The notes under the pieces: generated by a model
Told to the model about the DNA's origin: nothing
What the model saw: only the letters and a program-made list of their open reading frames with translations
The model's database searches: none
In this document: positions 34,492 through 42,746 of the stretch, in pieces
How the letters are laid out: each line of letters opens with the position of its first letter
Position numbering within the stretch: the first letter of the stretch is position 1
Position numbers and translations under genes: made by a program
From: an uncultured Bacteroidales bacterium
GTDB lineage: Bacteria; Bacteroidota; Bacteroidia; Bacteroidales; UBA1715
Assembly (NCBI GenBank): GCA_937892155.1
Contig: CALAUG010000060.1
Span: 3,931-67,930 of the forward strand
Reading direction: 5' to 3'
Length of the DNA stretch: 64,000 nucleotides

Positions 34492-35367
34492 CTATAATTT
34501 TTCAAGCAAAGAAACTATTGCATTCAATTCTTTAGAACTCTTGAAAGCAATGGAAATTTTACCCGAACCATTTTCTGTTACGTTTAATGAGACCTTTGCT
34601 TTGTTCAATTTCTCAGAAATTTTAGTTTGAATGATTTTTTGTTCTTCAGACTTTGATTTCTTTACTTTTTTATCCTTGTTTTCTTTTATACGTTTTACCA
34701 AATCCTCAGTAGCGCGTACAGAAAGGCTCTTGGCAATAATAGCGGTAAATACCTCTTTTTGCTTATTTTCGTCGTCCAGAGAAAGAATTGCCTTTGCGTG
34801 TCCCTCCGAAATATCGCCATTGATAAGACCTGTTTGTATTTCAGGAGGCAATTTCAACAAACGAAGCGAATTAGAAATGGTTGCGTGATTTTTTCCAACT
34901 TTTTTTCCTAGTTGTTCTTGAGTCAAACCACCTTCTTCCATAAGTCGTTGGTATGACTGTGCAATTTCCATGGGGTCCAAGTCTTCGCGTTGCAAATTTT
35001 CCACAAGCCCCAAAATCAATAACATTTGGTCGTCATCAACAGGACGAACATATACAGGTATTTTTTTCAAACCTGCCATTTGCGAAGCACGGAAACGACG
35101 TTCACCAGAAACAAGCTGATAGGAATCAACACCTTTTTTCATGACAGTGATTGGTTGTATTAATCCCAGTTGTTTTATAGAATCAGCCAAATCCTGAAGC
35201 TTTTCCTCATCAAATGTTTTACGTGGTTGGTCCGGATTGACAGTGATTTTAGCCATGTCAATTTCCGAAACACCTTCACGATTTGCTATAACCGTATTAA
35301 TAGGTGTTTTTGCTCCTCCTAGAAGAGCATCCAAACCTTTACCCAATCCTGATGGTTTTGCTGCCAT
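34492..35367 (-). CDS. parB: ParB/Spo0J chromosome partitioning protein
   Basis: 291 aa with the GERRFRAS arginine patch and an HTH segment. Confidence 0.9.
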   Translation of the reverse strand: MAAKPSGLGKGLDALLGGAKTPINTVIANREGVSEIDMAKITVNPDQPRKTFDEEKLQDLADSIKQLGLIQPITVMKKGVDSYQLVSGERRFRASQMAGLKKIPVYVRPVDDDQMLLILGLVENLQREDLDPMEIAQSYQRLMEEGGLTQEQLGKKVGKNHATISNSLRLLKLPPEIQTGLINGDISEGHAKAILSLDDENKQKEVFTAIIAKSLSVRATEDLVKRIKENKDKKVKKSKSEEQKIIQTKISEKLNKAKVSLNVTENGSGKISIAFKSSKELNAIVSLLEKL

Positions 35368-36155
35368 TATTGTTTTATTTCTGGTAAGTTATTTCTATGT
35401 AAAAGTTCCTGAGCCAAATTCAAGTAATTCTTTGCACCAACCGAACTTGCATCGTATGTGATAACTGGTTTCCCAAAACTTGGAGCTTCAGCCAATTTCA
35501 CATTTCTTTGAATGATTGTATCAAAAATCATGCTCTGGAAATGCTTGTGAACTTCCTCCACAACCTGATTTGAAAGTTTCAAACGAACATCATACATTGT
35601 AATCAAGAAACCCTCAATTGATAAAGACGGATTAAAATTAGCCTGTACAAGCCTGATAGTATTCAAAAGTTGTGATAATCCCTCCAAAGCAAAATATTCG
35701 CATTGTATGGCAAGAAGCACTGAATCGGCAGCAGCTAATGCATTCGAGGTCAATATTCCCAACGACGGTGTACAATCTATAATGATGAAATCATAATCGT
35801 TACGAACCTTGTCTATGACATTTTTCAAATACATATTACGATTTTCGTCGTTTGCCAATTCTAGTTCCAAACCAACCAAATCAATATTTGCAGGAAGAAT
35901 GTCTAATTTTTCAATTTCACCATAATGATGTATAGCTTCACGCGGTGTGCATTTCCCTGCAAGGGATTCGTACACGCCCAACATTTTTGAGTCTTTAATA
36001 TCGATGCCTAATCCTGTTGACGCATTTCCCTGCGGATCAAAATCAACAATTAAAACCGAATATTCGAGGACAGCCAAACTTGCTCCCAAGTTTATACTTG
36101 TTGTAGTTTTGCCTACACCACCCTTCTGATTTGCAACTGCAATTACTTTTCCCAT
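35367..36155 (-). CDS. parA: ParA/Soj partitioning ATPase
   Basis: 262 aa with the deviant Walker A motif NQKGGVGKTTT. Confidence 0.9.
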   Translation of the reverse strand: MGKVIAVANQKGGVGKTTTSINLGASLAVLEYSVLIVDFDPQGNASTGLGIDIKDSKMLGVYESLAGKCTPREAIHHYGEIEKLDILPANIDLVGLELELANDENRNMYLKNVIDKVRNDYDFIIIDCTPSLGILTSNALAAADSVLLAIQCEYFALEGLSQLLNTIRLVQANFNPSLSIEGFLITMYDVRLKLSNQVVEEVHKHFQSMIFDTIIQRNVKLAEAPSFGKPVITYDASSVGAKNYLNLAQELLHRNNLPEIKQ

Positions 36156-36182
36156 TTCTTATACTTTTTAGGCTTTGGACTT

Positions 36183-36190
36183 CAAAAATA
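36183..36190 (-). promoter_or_regulatory. putative -7 promoter box for parAB
   Basis: Minus-strand TATTTTTG, 28 nt upstream of the ATG at 36155. Confidence 0.4.
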
Positions 36191-36352
36191 CAAAAAACTT
36201 TCCGCACTTCTCTATTCGAGTTTCGTCACAACGAAAAAACGGCCCTAAACTACTGATTTATAACAGTTAAAAAGTTATTAACATTCTCATCTTTCATCTG
36301 TTATTTTTTTGTTAAAAACGTAAAAAACAGAACACGGGAAAGCGAAAACTAC

Positions 36353-36360
36353 TACCTTTG
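36353..36360 (+). promoter_or_regulatory. putative -7 promoter box very close to the start codon (possible leaderless mRNA)
   Basis: TACCTTTG ends 5 nt before the ATG at 36366. Confidence 0.35.
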
Positions 36361-36365
36361 CAAAT

Positions 36366-37535
36366 ATGAAACGATATGTCATTTTTTTGCTTTTAATTTT
36401 CATGGGATGTACTGCTTTTGCAGAAAGCAAACCATTTGAAAACGCAAAATTATCTGTTTTGGTTTGTTCCCCAGGAGAACCAATATATTCTCAATATGGG
36501 CACGCAGCAATACGATTATTGGACCACGAGCAAAATGTGGATGTTGTTTTTGATTACGGTGTATTCACATTCGATGATTTACCAAAATTCGTCTGGAATT
36601 TTCTTACTGGTAACATGTATTACTTATGTTGGACGCGTGCCATGGAACAAACGCTATGGGAGTATGAATATGAAGGGCGTGCCATTAACGAATTTCCTCT
36701 TGATTTAACCCCCGACGAGACACAACGTATATGTTCTTTCCTTTTATGGAATATCCGCCCCGAGAATCAGTCTTATCTTTATAATTTTTTTGAAGACAAC
36801 TGCGCCACGAGAATATGCACCCTATTGGAACGAGAATTCCCCACTATTAAATGGAATGAAAATTATCAGCCAACAACGTGGAGACAACTTATTTTTCAGT
36901 ATGCCGACGGCAATTCCTGGATAGGCTACGGCATTCATTTGGGACTCGGATTACCAGCCGACACAATAATGTCGACAAGACAAATGATGTTTGTGCCAGA
37001 CTATTTAGGCAAAGCGCTGGAAACAGCGACACACGACGGGAAGCAACTGTCTCCTCAAAACGAGCAAATACTACGAGCATCTCAAGTTTCTAAAACCGCT
37101 TGGTGGGACAATTCAGCACTGTTTCTTTGGATTCTTGCAGTTCTTTTTGCAGTACAAACTATTATTGAGCTAAAAAAGGACAAACGATGCATCTGGTGTG
37201 ATGTTGTGTTTTACACTGTCACAGGATTTGTTGGCTGCGTTATATGGTTCATCTCATTTGTAAGCATTCATTCACTTGTGTTTCCCAACTGTGACACAAT
37301 CTGGCTGACACCATTCCATTTCATTTTTGCAATCACATTGATGATTCCAGCACTACAGAACCGCACAAAATGGTATTATATTTTTGCTGCGGGTATGATA
37401 TTCGTATATCTCGCAGTTTCAGTAATTGTTGGTCAATACATAGCACCATCTTCTTGGCCGTTGATGCTCATTTTTATATCACGTTCAGTTTATCCAATAC
37501 TGGGGAAAAAACGTTCGAGAGCATCAATTTTATAA
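36366..37535 (+). CDS. DUF4105 (Lnb N-terminal periplasmic domain) membrane protein
   Basis: 389 aa with a signal peptide, the YGHAAIRL motif, and C-terminal transmembrane helices. Confidence 0.7.
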   Translation: MKRYVIFLLLIFMGCTAFAESKPFENAKLSVLVCSPGEPIYSQYGHAAIRLLDHEQNVDVVFDYGVFTFDDLPKFVWNFLTGNMYYLCWTRAMEQTLWEYEYEGRAINEFPLDLTPDETQRICSFLLWNIRPENQSYLYNFFEDNCATRICTLLEREFPTIKWNENYQPTTWRQLIFQYADGNSWIGYGIHLGLGLPADTIMSTRQMMFVPDYLGKALETATHDGKQLSPQNEQILRASQVSKTAWWDNSALFLWILAVLFAVQTIIELKKDKRCIWCDVVFYTVTGFVGCVIWFISFVSIHSLVFPNCDTIWLTPFHFIFAITLMIPALQNRTKWYYIFAAGMIFVYLAVSVIVGQYIAPSSWPLMLIFISRSVYPILGKKRSRASIL

Positions 37536-37590
37536 CACATTTTTTTTGAGAAAAAAATCCGACATCACTACGTATTTTACGTAAAATAGT

Positions 37591-37598
37591 TACTTTTG
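37591..37598 (+). promoter_or_regulatory. putative -7 promoter box for the NhaD-like gene
   Basis: TACTTTTG, 32 nt upstream of the ATG at 37630. Confidence 0.4.
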
Positions 37599-37629
37599 CA
37601 TATAATGTTAACCCTTAAATATAGTTAGT

Positions 37630-38946
37630 ATGTATTCAACAATTATGGTTGTAATTTTTGTTCTTGGCTATTTGTGTATAGCGTTAGAACATCCTTTGAA
37701 ATTAGACAAATCTGCTATTGCGCTGATTATCGGTGTCTTGACGTGGACAGTATTTATTACTTTGGGGAATGAAACTGGAATTGCTCCAGAGTTATTTAGG
37801 AGTGAGATATTAAGCGAGTTGAATGAAAACCTTGCAGAGACATCTCAAACATTGTTCTTCTTGTTTGCTGCAATGACAATCGTTGAAATCATTGACCGTC
37901 ATAATGGTTTCAAAGTTATCACAGACAAAATCAATGAGACGAACAAGGTAAAATTGATGTGGATTATCAGTCTTCTTACCTTCTTTATGTCTGCCGTACT
38001 TGATAACTTGACTACTACAATCGTAATTCTATCATTACTTCGTAAACTTATCGGTGACAAAGAGACACGTTGGACATTTGCAAGTATCGTTGTAATTGCT
38101 GCCAATGCAGGAGGTGCATGGTCTCCTATCGGTGACGTTACAACAATTATGTTGTGGATTGGCGGACAAATTACTGCATCTAAAATTATCACAGGTATTT
38201 TCATCCCAAGTTTAATTTCTATGGTTGTTCCTTTGATAATTCTTTCATTCACAATGAAAGGCACATTGGAACGTCCAAAAGGTGAAGCAGACGAAATATC
38301 AATTACAAGCCCGAGAGAACAACTTGGATTTTTGATTCTAGGTGTATCATTATTGTTATTTGTACCTGTCTTCAAAACACTCACACACTTACCTCCATTT
38401 ATGGGAATGTTGCTGAGTTTGGGTATTCTTTGGGGACTTGCACAATTCCAGACACTTATGTCACGTGCAAAAAGACGTAAATTGCTGAACGTAGGACAAT
38501 GTTTGAAACGCGTTGAAACATCTACAATATTCTTCTTCCTTGGTATTTTAACAGCTGTTGGTGCTCTTGGTGCAGCAGGTCAATTGGGGCTTTTGTCAGA
38601 ATGGTTACGTGATGTAACTGGAGGTAATGTATATATTATTGATAGTGTAATAGGTGTTCTTTCTTCAATTATTGATAATGTACCACTTGTTGCTGCATCA
38701 ATGGGTATGTATCCTATTGATCCATCGGTTGCAGAATTTGCTACTGACGGGACATTCTGGCAAATGCTTGCATACTGTGCAGGTACAGGAGGTTCTATTT
38801 TGATTATCGGTTCGGCTGCCGGTGTTGCCGCAATGGGATTGGAAAAAATTGATTTCATCTGGTATTTGAAAAAAATTAGCTGGTTGGCATTGGTTGGATA
38901 TTTTGCTGGTGTAGCTTGTATTTATTTAGAGTCTGTAATCTTCTAA
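37630..38946 (+). CDS. nhaD: NhaD/ArsB-superfamily sodium:proton antiporter
   Basis: 438 aa, polytopic, with family-typical segments (VLDNLTTTIV, ANAGGAWSPIGDVTT). Confidence 0.75.
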   Translation: MYSTIMVVIFVLGYLCIALEHPLKLDKSAIALIIGVLTWTVFITLGNETGIAPELFRSEILSELNENLAETSQTLFFLFAAMTIVEIIDRHNGFKVITDKINETNKVKLMWIISLLTFFMSAVLDNLTTTIVILSLLRKLIGDKETRWTFASIVVIAANAGGAWSPIGDVTTIMLWIGGQITASKIITGIFIPSLISMVVPLIILSFTMKGTLERPKGEADEISITSPREQLGFLILGVSLLLFVPVFKTLTHLPPFMGMLLSLGILWGLAQFQTLMSRAKRRKLLNVGQCLKRVETSTIFFFLGILTAVGALGAAGQLGLLSEWLRDVTGGNVYIIDSVIGVLSSIIDNVPLVAASMGMYPIDPSVAEFATDGTFWQMLAYCAGTGGSILIIGSAAGVAAMGLEKIDFIWYLKKISWLALVGYFAGVACIYLESVIF

Positions 38947-38950
38947 TATC

Positions 38951-39652
38951 ATGGTATTTTCATTATTGAACATATTGGCAGACGTGACGGTTGAGCAAGC
39001 TGCTCCAGCCGTTGCTGATGCTGTTGCTGAAGAGTTGACATTTTGGAATATGGCAGTGAAAGGAGGATGGATTATGATTTTCCTTGCTATATTTTCAATT
39101 GTTGCTGTATACATCATTGTTGAACGTGCAATGGCCATTTCCAAAGCGAGCAAAGAAGATGTAAACTTTATGAATGAAATAAAAAATTACGTTTCACAAG
39201 GTCAAATCAAGGAAGCTCGCATTCGTTGTCAAGGTGCAAATTCCCCTGTTTCGCACATGATAGACAAGGGTCTTTCGCGCTTGGGAAAATCTAATTCTGA
39301 CATACGTGAGGCAATTGAGAATGTCGGTAACCTAGAAGTTGCAAATTTGGAAAAAGGTTTGCCATTATTGGCAACGATTTCTAGTGTTGGTCCAATGATT
39401 GGTTTCCTTGGTACTGTACTCGGTATGATTACCGCATTTTATGACATGGCTAATGCTGGTGGAAATTTCAGTATTTCTATGTTATCCAATGGTATTTATA
39501 CAGCAATGGTTACAACAGTTGCTGGTCTTATTGTTGGAGTGGTTGCCATGTTGGGTTACAACATTTTATCTGCGCAAATTGGAAAAATTGTTAATACACT
39601 TCAACTACGTACAACAGAATTTATGGATTTGCTTAACGAACCAGTTGAATAA
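38951..39652 (+). CDS. exbB: MotA/TolQ/ExbB proton-channel protein
   Basis: 233 aa with KGGWIMIFLAIFSIVAVYIIVER and a C-terminal GLLGTVLGM-type motif (GFLGTVLGMI). Confidence 0.85.
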   Translation: MVFSLLNILADVTVEQAAPAVADAVAEELTFWNMAVKGGWIMIFLAIFSIVAVYIIVERAMAISKASKEDVNFMNEIKNYVSQGQIKEARIRCQGANSPVSHMIDKGLSRLGKSNSDIREAIENVGNLEVANLEKGLPLLATISSVGPMIGFLGTVLGMITAFYDMANAGGNFSISMLSNGIYTAMVTTVAGLIVGVVAMLGYNILSAQIGKIVNTLQLRTTEFMDLLNEPVE

Positions 39653-40041
39653 TGGCAATACAAGCACGAAATAAGATAAGCACAAGTTTCAATATGTCGT
39701 CAATGACGGATATTGTCTTTTTGTTGCTTATATTTTTTATGGTTACCTCGACGCAAATTGCACCAAACGGCTTGCAAGTTTCGCTACCTCAAAGCACATC
39801 TCAAGTAAAATTAATACCGCATGTATCTGTTTCTATTGATGCTGACGGGCGATATGCTGTGAACAAAGAAATAATGTCGTTTGAACTTTTGGAACCACGG
39901 TTAAAACAAGAATTGGCAGGTCAAGATGAGCCTGCAATTGTTTTACGAGTTGACAAAACAGTTCCAACAGGAGAAACCGTAAGAATAATGGAAATTGCCA
40001 ATAGAAATCATTGGAAATTCACGTTGGCAACACAGCCATAA
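39652..40041 (+). CDS. exbD: ExbD/TolR biopolymer transport protein
   Basis: 129 aa with an N-terminal transmembrane segment (MTDIVFLLLIFFMV). Its start is coupled to the exbB stop. Confidence 0.85.
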   Translation: MAIQARNKISTSFNMSSMTDIVFLLLIFFMVTSTQIAPNGLQVSLPQSTSQVKLIPHVSVSIDADGRYAVNKEIMSFELLEPRLKQELAGQDEPAIVLRVDKTVPTGETVRIMEIANRNHWKFTLATQP

Positions 40042-40045
40042 ACTT

Positions 40046-40813
40046 ATGATACAATTAGACCGAAACAAACAATATGGTATTATTGGAACTCTTGTAATTC
40101 ACGGAGTTGCATTGCTCGTGTTGTTGCTATTCGGTTTCGCTCCACCAAAAGTTGAATACCCCGAACCTGATGGTATTGTTGTGGATTTTGGTGAATTAGT
40201 GATTGGTGACAGTGAGGGAGCAGATGTTCCGACGGTTGCAGAACCAACAACGACAAGTTCTCCAGAAGTAAACGAAGCACCCGTAATAACACAAACTGAA
40301 GTACCTTCAGTTTCTATAAAAGAGAATAAGAAAAAGGTTACTGAAACAAAAGACCCAGAGTTAAGTCCCGAAGAACAGGAACGCCTTCGTCAAGAGAAAG
40401 AATTTAAGGACAGAATGGATGCTTTGGCAGGTAAAATGAATCAAAGCGGAGGAAATGGAACTGGTACAGGAGGAAATTCAGAAACAGGTGCAGAAAGTGG
40501 TAAAGCAGGAAATCCGAACGGAACTGGAAACTCAGGCAACACGAAAGGTAATCCAGGAAATCCACTGGGTAATGGGGATGCGTCGCATCTAGTAAAACCA
40601 AGCAACACAACAAACTGCAACAATCCTATCGTTCTAACTGTAAAAGTTGACGCAAGCGGTAAGGTAATAGCAATTCAGAAAGTTGAAACAGCACTTTCAG
40701 AACAAGCTTGTATTGAAGCAGCCAAAGAAGCTGCACGCAAAACAACGTTCCCCGCCGATAACAAAGACGTTAGGTATGCAAAAATCACATACGAATACAC
40801 AATGTCAAAATAA
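40046..40813 (+). CDS. tonB: TonB-family energy transducer
   Basis: Start placed at MIQLDRNKQYG. It has one N-terminal transmembrane helix, a low-complexity linker and a C-terminal TonB-like domain, and follows exbBD. Confidence 0.7.
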   Translation: MIQLDRNKQYGIIGTLVIHGVALLVLLLFGFAPPKVEYPEPDGIVVDFGELVIGDSEGADVPTVAEPTTTSSPEVNEAPVITQTEVPSVSIKENKKKVTETKDPELSPEEQERLRQEKEFKDRMDALAGKMNQSGGNGTGTGGNSETGAESGKAGNPNGTGNSGNTKGNPGNPLGNGDASHLVKPSNTTNCNNPIVLTVKVDASGKVIAIQKVETALSEQACIEAAKEAARKTTFPADNKDVRYAKITYEYTMSK

Positions 40814-40817
40814 ATAA

Positions 40818-40825
40818 TATATTTG
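40818..40825 (+). promoter_or_regulatory. putative -7 promoter box
   Basis: TATATTTG, 20 nt upstream of the ATG at 40845. Confidence 0.35.
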
Positions 40826-40844
40826 TCCACATAAAATTGCAATT

Positions 40845-41246
40845 ATGAAAAGATTTATATTCATCATATTATCGCTTACTCTTCTATTAGGAATGGGTAC
40901 GGGATGTGCAAAAAAAACTGAATCACAAATAATTGGCACGTGGCACTTAGTAGAAACGAATCCCCATTGGGCCGATGATGTTACGTGGACATTTTATTCT
41001 GGTGGCAAATTTGAGGTGTATTCAGATGTAATAGTCGGAGAAGGGAATGCGCAGTCTGGAGAATACTCAATATTTACCCGTTCGTTAGTTACTCCATATT
41101 TAAAAATTAAAGGTATGGGCGACAAATCACTCAACGGCATTTGGCGAGTTGAAAAATGCAACAGCAAAAAGCTAGTTATTAACCGTGTTGAGTGGTTAAA
41201 TGGAGAAACAGCTGGCGCATTTTTACGCAGAGAATTTACAAAATAA
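40845..41246 (+). CDS. small lipoprotein (lipocalin-like), function unknown
   Basis: 133 aa with a lipobox (LLGMGTGC). Confidence 0.6.
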   Translation: MKRFIFIILSLTLLLGMGTGCAKKTESQIIGTWHLVETNPHWADDVTWTFYSGGKFEVYSDVIVGEGNAQSGEYSIFTRSLVTPYLKIKGMGDKSLNGIWRVEKCNSKKLVINRVEWLNGETAGAFLRREFTK

Positions 41247-41252
41247 CAAACC

Positions 41253-42605
41253 GTGGCTAAAGCAAAAACAGTTTTTGTCTGTCAGAGCTGCGGTGCACAA
41301 TCACCGAAGTGGATGGGCAAATGTGTTTCTTGCGGCGCCTGGAATTCCTTACAAGAAGAAGTTATAGAATCATCTGTTGGAAAGACATCTTCCCTGCACG
41401 TTGTATCTTCGTCAAAACCGACAATCCTAGCAAATATTCAATCAGAAAAGTTAGAAAGGATTTTAACCGGAATACACGAATTGGACCAAGTAGTTGGCGG
41501 AGGAATTGTTCCTGGTTCGGTAATTTTATTAGGAGGAGAGCCAGGGATTGGTAAATCGACCCTACTCCTACAAGTTGCCGTAAACCTTAAACAAAAAGTG
41601 TTATATGTTTCTGGCGAGGAAAGTCCACAACAAATTTATTTACGTGCGCAACGACTCAACGTACCTCAAAATAACTGCTACATTTACAGTGAAACAAACG
41701 TTGCCGCAATCATACAGGAAATCAAAGAATCACAACCAGAATTAGTCATAATTGATTCGGTACAAACCCTAAAACATCCCGATATAGATGCATCGCCAGG
41801 AAGCGTATCGCAAATCCGCGAAACATCGAACTTATTGATAGAATTGGCAAAACAAACCCACACGCCAATGATATTAATTGGACATATAAACAAAGAAGGA
41901 AGCATTGCCGGACCGAAAATATTGGAACACATGGTTGATGTTGTGCTGCAGTTTGAAGGTGATATGCAAAATGTATATCGTATTTTACGCAGCAATAAAA
42001 ACCGTTTTGGCTCAACGGCAGAAATCGGCATATTCGAAATGGTTCAAAACGGATTACGCGAGGTAACAAATCCATCAGAAATTATGCTGAGTGGGAATCC
42101 AGAAAAATTAAGCGGCGTTGCTATCGCATCGGTTATGGAAGGCATACGGCCACTTATGATTGAAGTGCAAGCATTGGTGAGCACAGCAGCCTACGGAACA
42201 CCACAACGAACTGCAAATGGGTTCGACAGCAAGCGCCTGAATATGTTACTAGCCGTGATAGAGAAACGTTTAGGCGTGAAAATATACACCAAGGATGTAT
42301 TTATTAACATTGCTGGAGGTATTCGTGTTCAAGATCCAGCAATTGATTTTGCCGTTGTAGCAGCAATACTATCATCACTATTCGATATGTATATACCAAG
42401 TACATACTGCTTTGCTGGGGAAATTGGATTAACAGGCGAAATCAGGAATGTTTCGCAAATAGAAAAACGCATAAAAGAATCCACCAAACTAGGTATTCAA
42501 AAAATGTTTGTGCCACCTTGTGAAATAGCAAGCAAACAACAATGCGCTACTGTCCCTTGCTCGCGAATAGACAAGACATTCCGAGAGATTTTCAAGAACG
42601 ATTAA
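41253..42605 (+). CDS. radA: DNA repair protein RadA/Sms
   Basis: 450 aa with a GTG start, zinc finger CQSCGAQSPKWMGKCVSCGAW, Walker A GGEPGIGKST, and a C-terminal Lon-like domain. Confidence 0.92.
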   Translation: MAKAKTVFVCQSCGAQSPKWMGKCVSCGAWNSLQEEVIESSVGKTSSLHVVSSSKPTILANIQSEKLERILTGIHELDQVVGGGIVPGSVILLGGEPGIGKSTLLLQVAVNLKQKVLYVSGEESPQQIYLRAQRLNVPQNNCYIYSETNVAAIIQEIKESQPELVIIDSVQTLKHPDIDASPGSVSQIRETSNLLIELAKQTHTPMILIGHINKEGSIAGPKILEHMVDVVLQFEGDMQNVYRILRSNKNRFGSTAEIGIFEMVQNGLREVTNPSEIMLSGNPEKLSGVAIASVMEGIRPLMIEVQALVSTAAYGTPQRTANGFDSKRLNMLLAVIEKRLGVKIYTKDVFINIAGGIRVQDPAIDFAVVAAILSSLFDMYIPSTYCFAGEIGLTGEIRNVSQIEKRIKESTKLGIQKMFVPPCEIASKQQCATVPCSRIDKTFREIFKND

Positions 42606-42723
42606 GAATTTGCCAGTAATCAGATTTCAGTTTTCTGGTCTTGGTTCCTGACTTATTATAGATTTTTCTTATTTCATAATTTTTTGTTTTTCCTTCTAAA
42701 TAAACTCCAACCACTTTTATTGC

Positions 42724-42731
42724 TATATTTG
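42724..42731 (+). promoter_or_regulatory. putative -7 promoter box for the PPIase gene array
   Basis: TATATTTG, 16 nt upstream of the ATG at 42747. Confidence 0.4.
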
Positions 42732-42746
42732 TACGTTAAAAATGAA

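Noticed and set aside
34492-36155. parA-parB, considered as a sign of a plasmid or of the replication origin
   Set aside because: The flanking genes are chromosomal housekeeping genes (lpxH, murI, radA region). No DnaA-box cluster or dnaA/dnaN is in view, so this is an ordinary chromosomal soj/spo0J pair.
37899-38384. 161-aa minus-strand ORF inside the NhaD-like transporter gene (also 38580-38858 and 38926-39153)
   Set aside because: These are antisense to convincing membrane-protein genes, a typical artefact of codon-biased AT-rich sequence.
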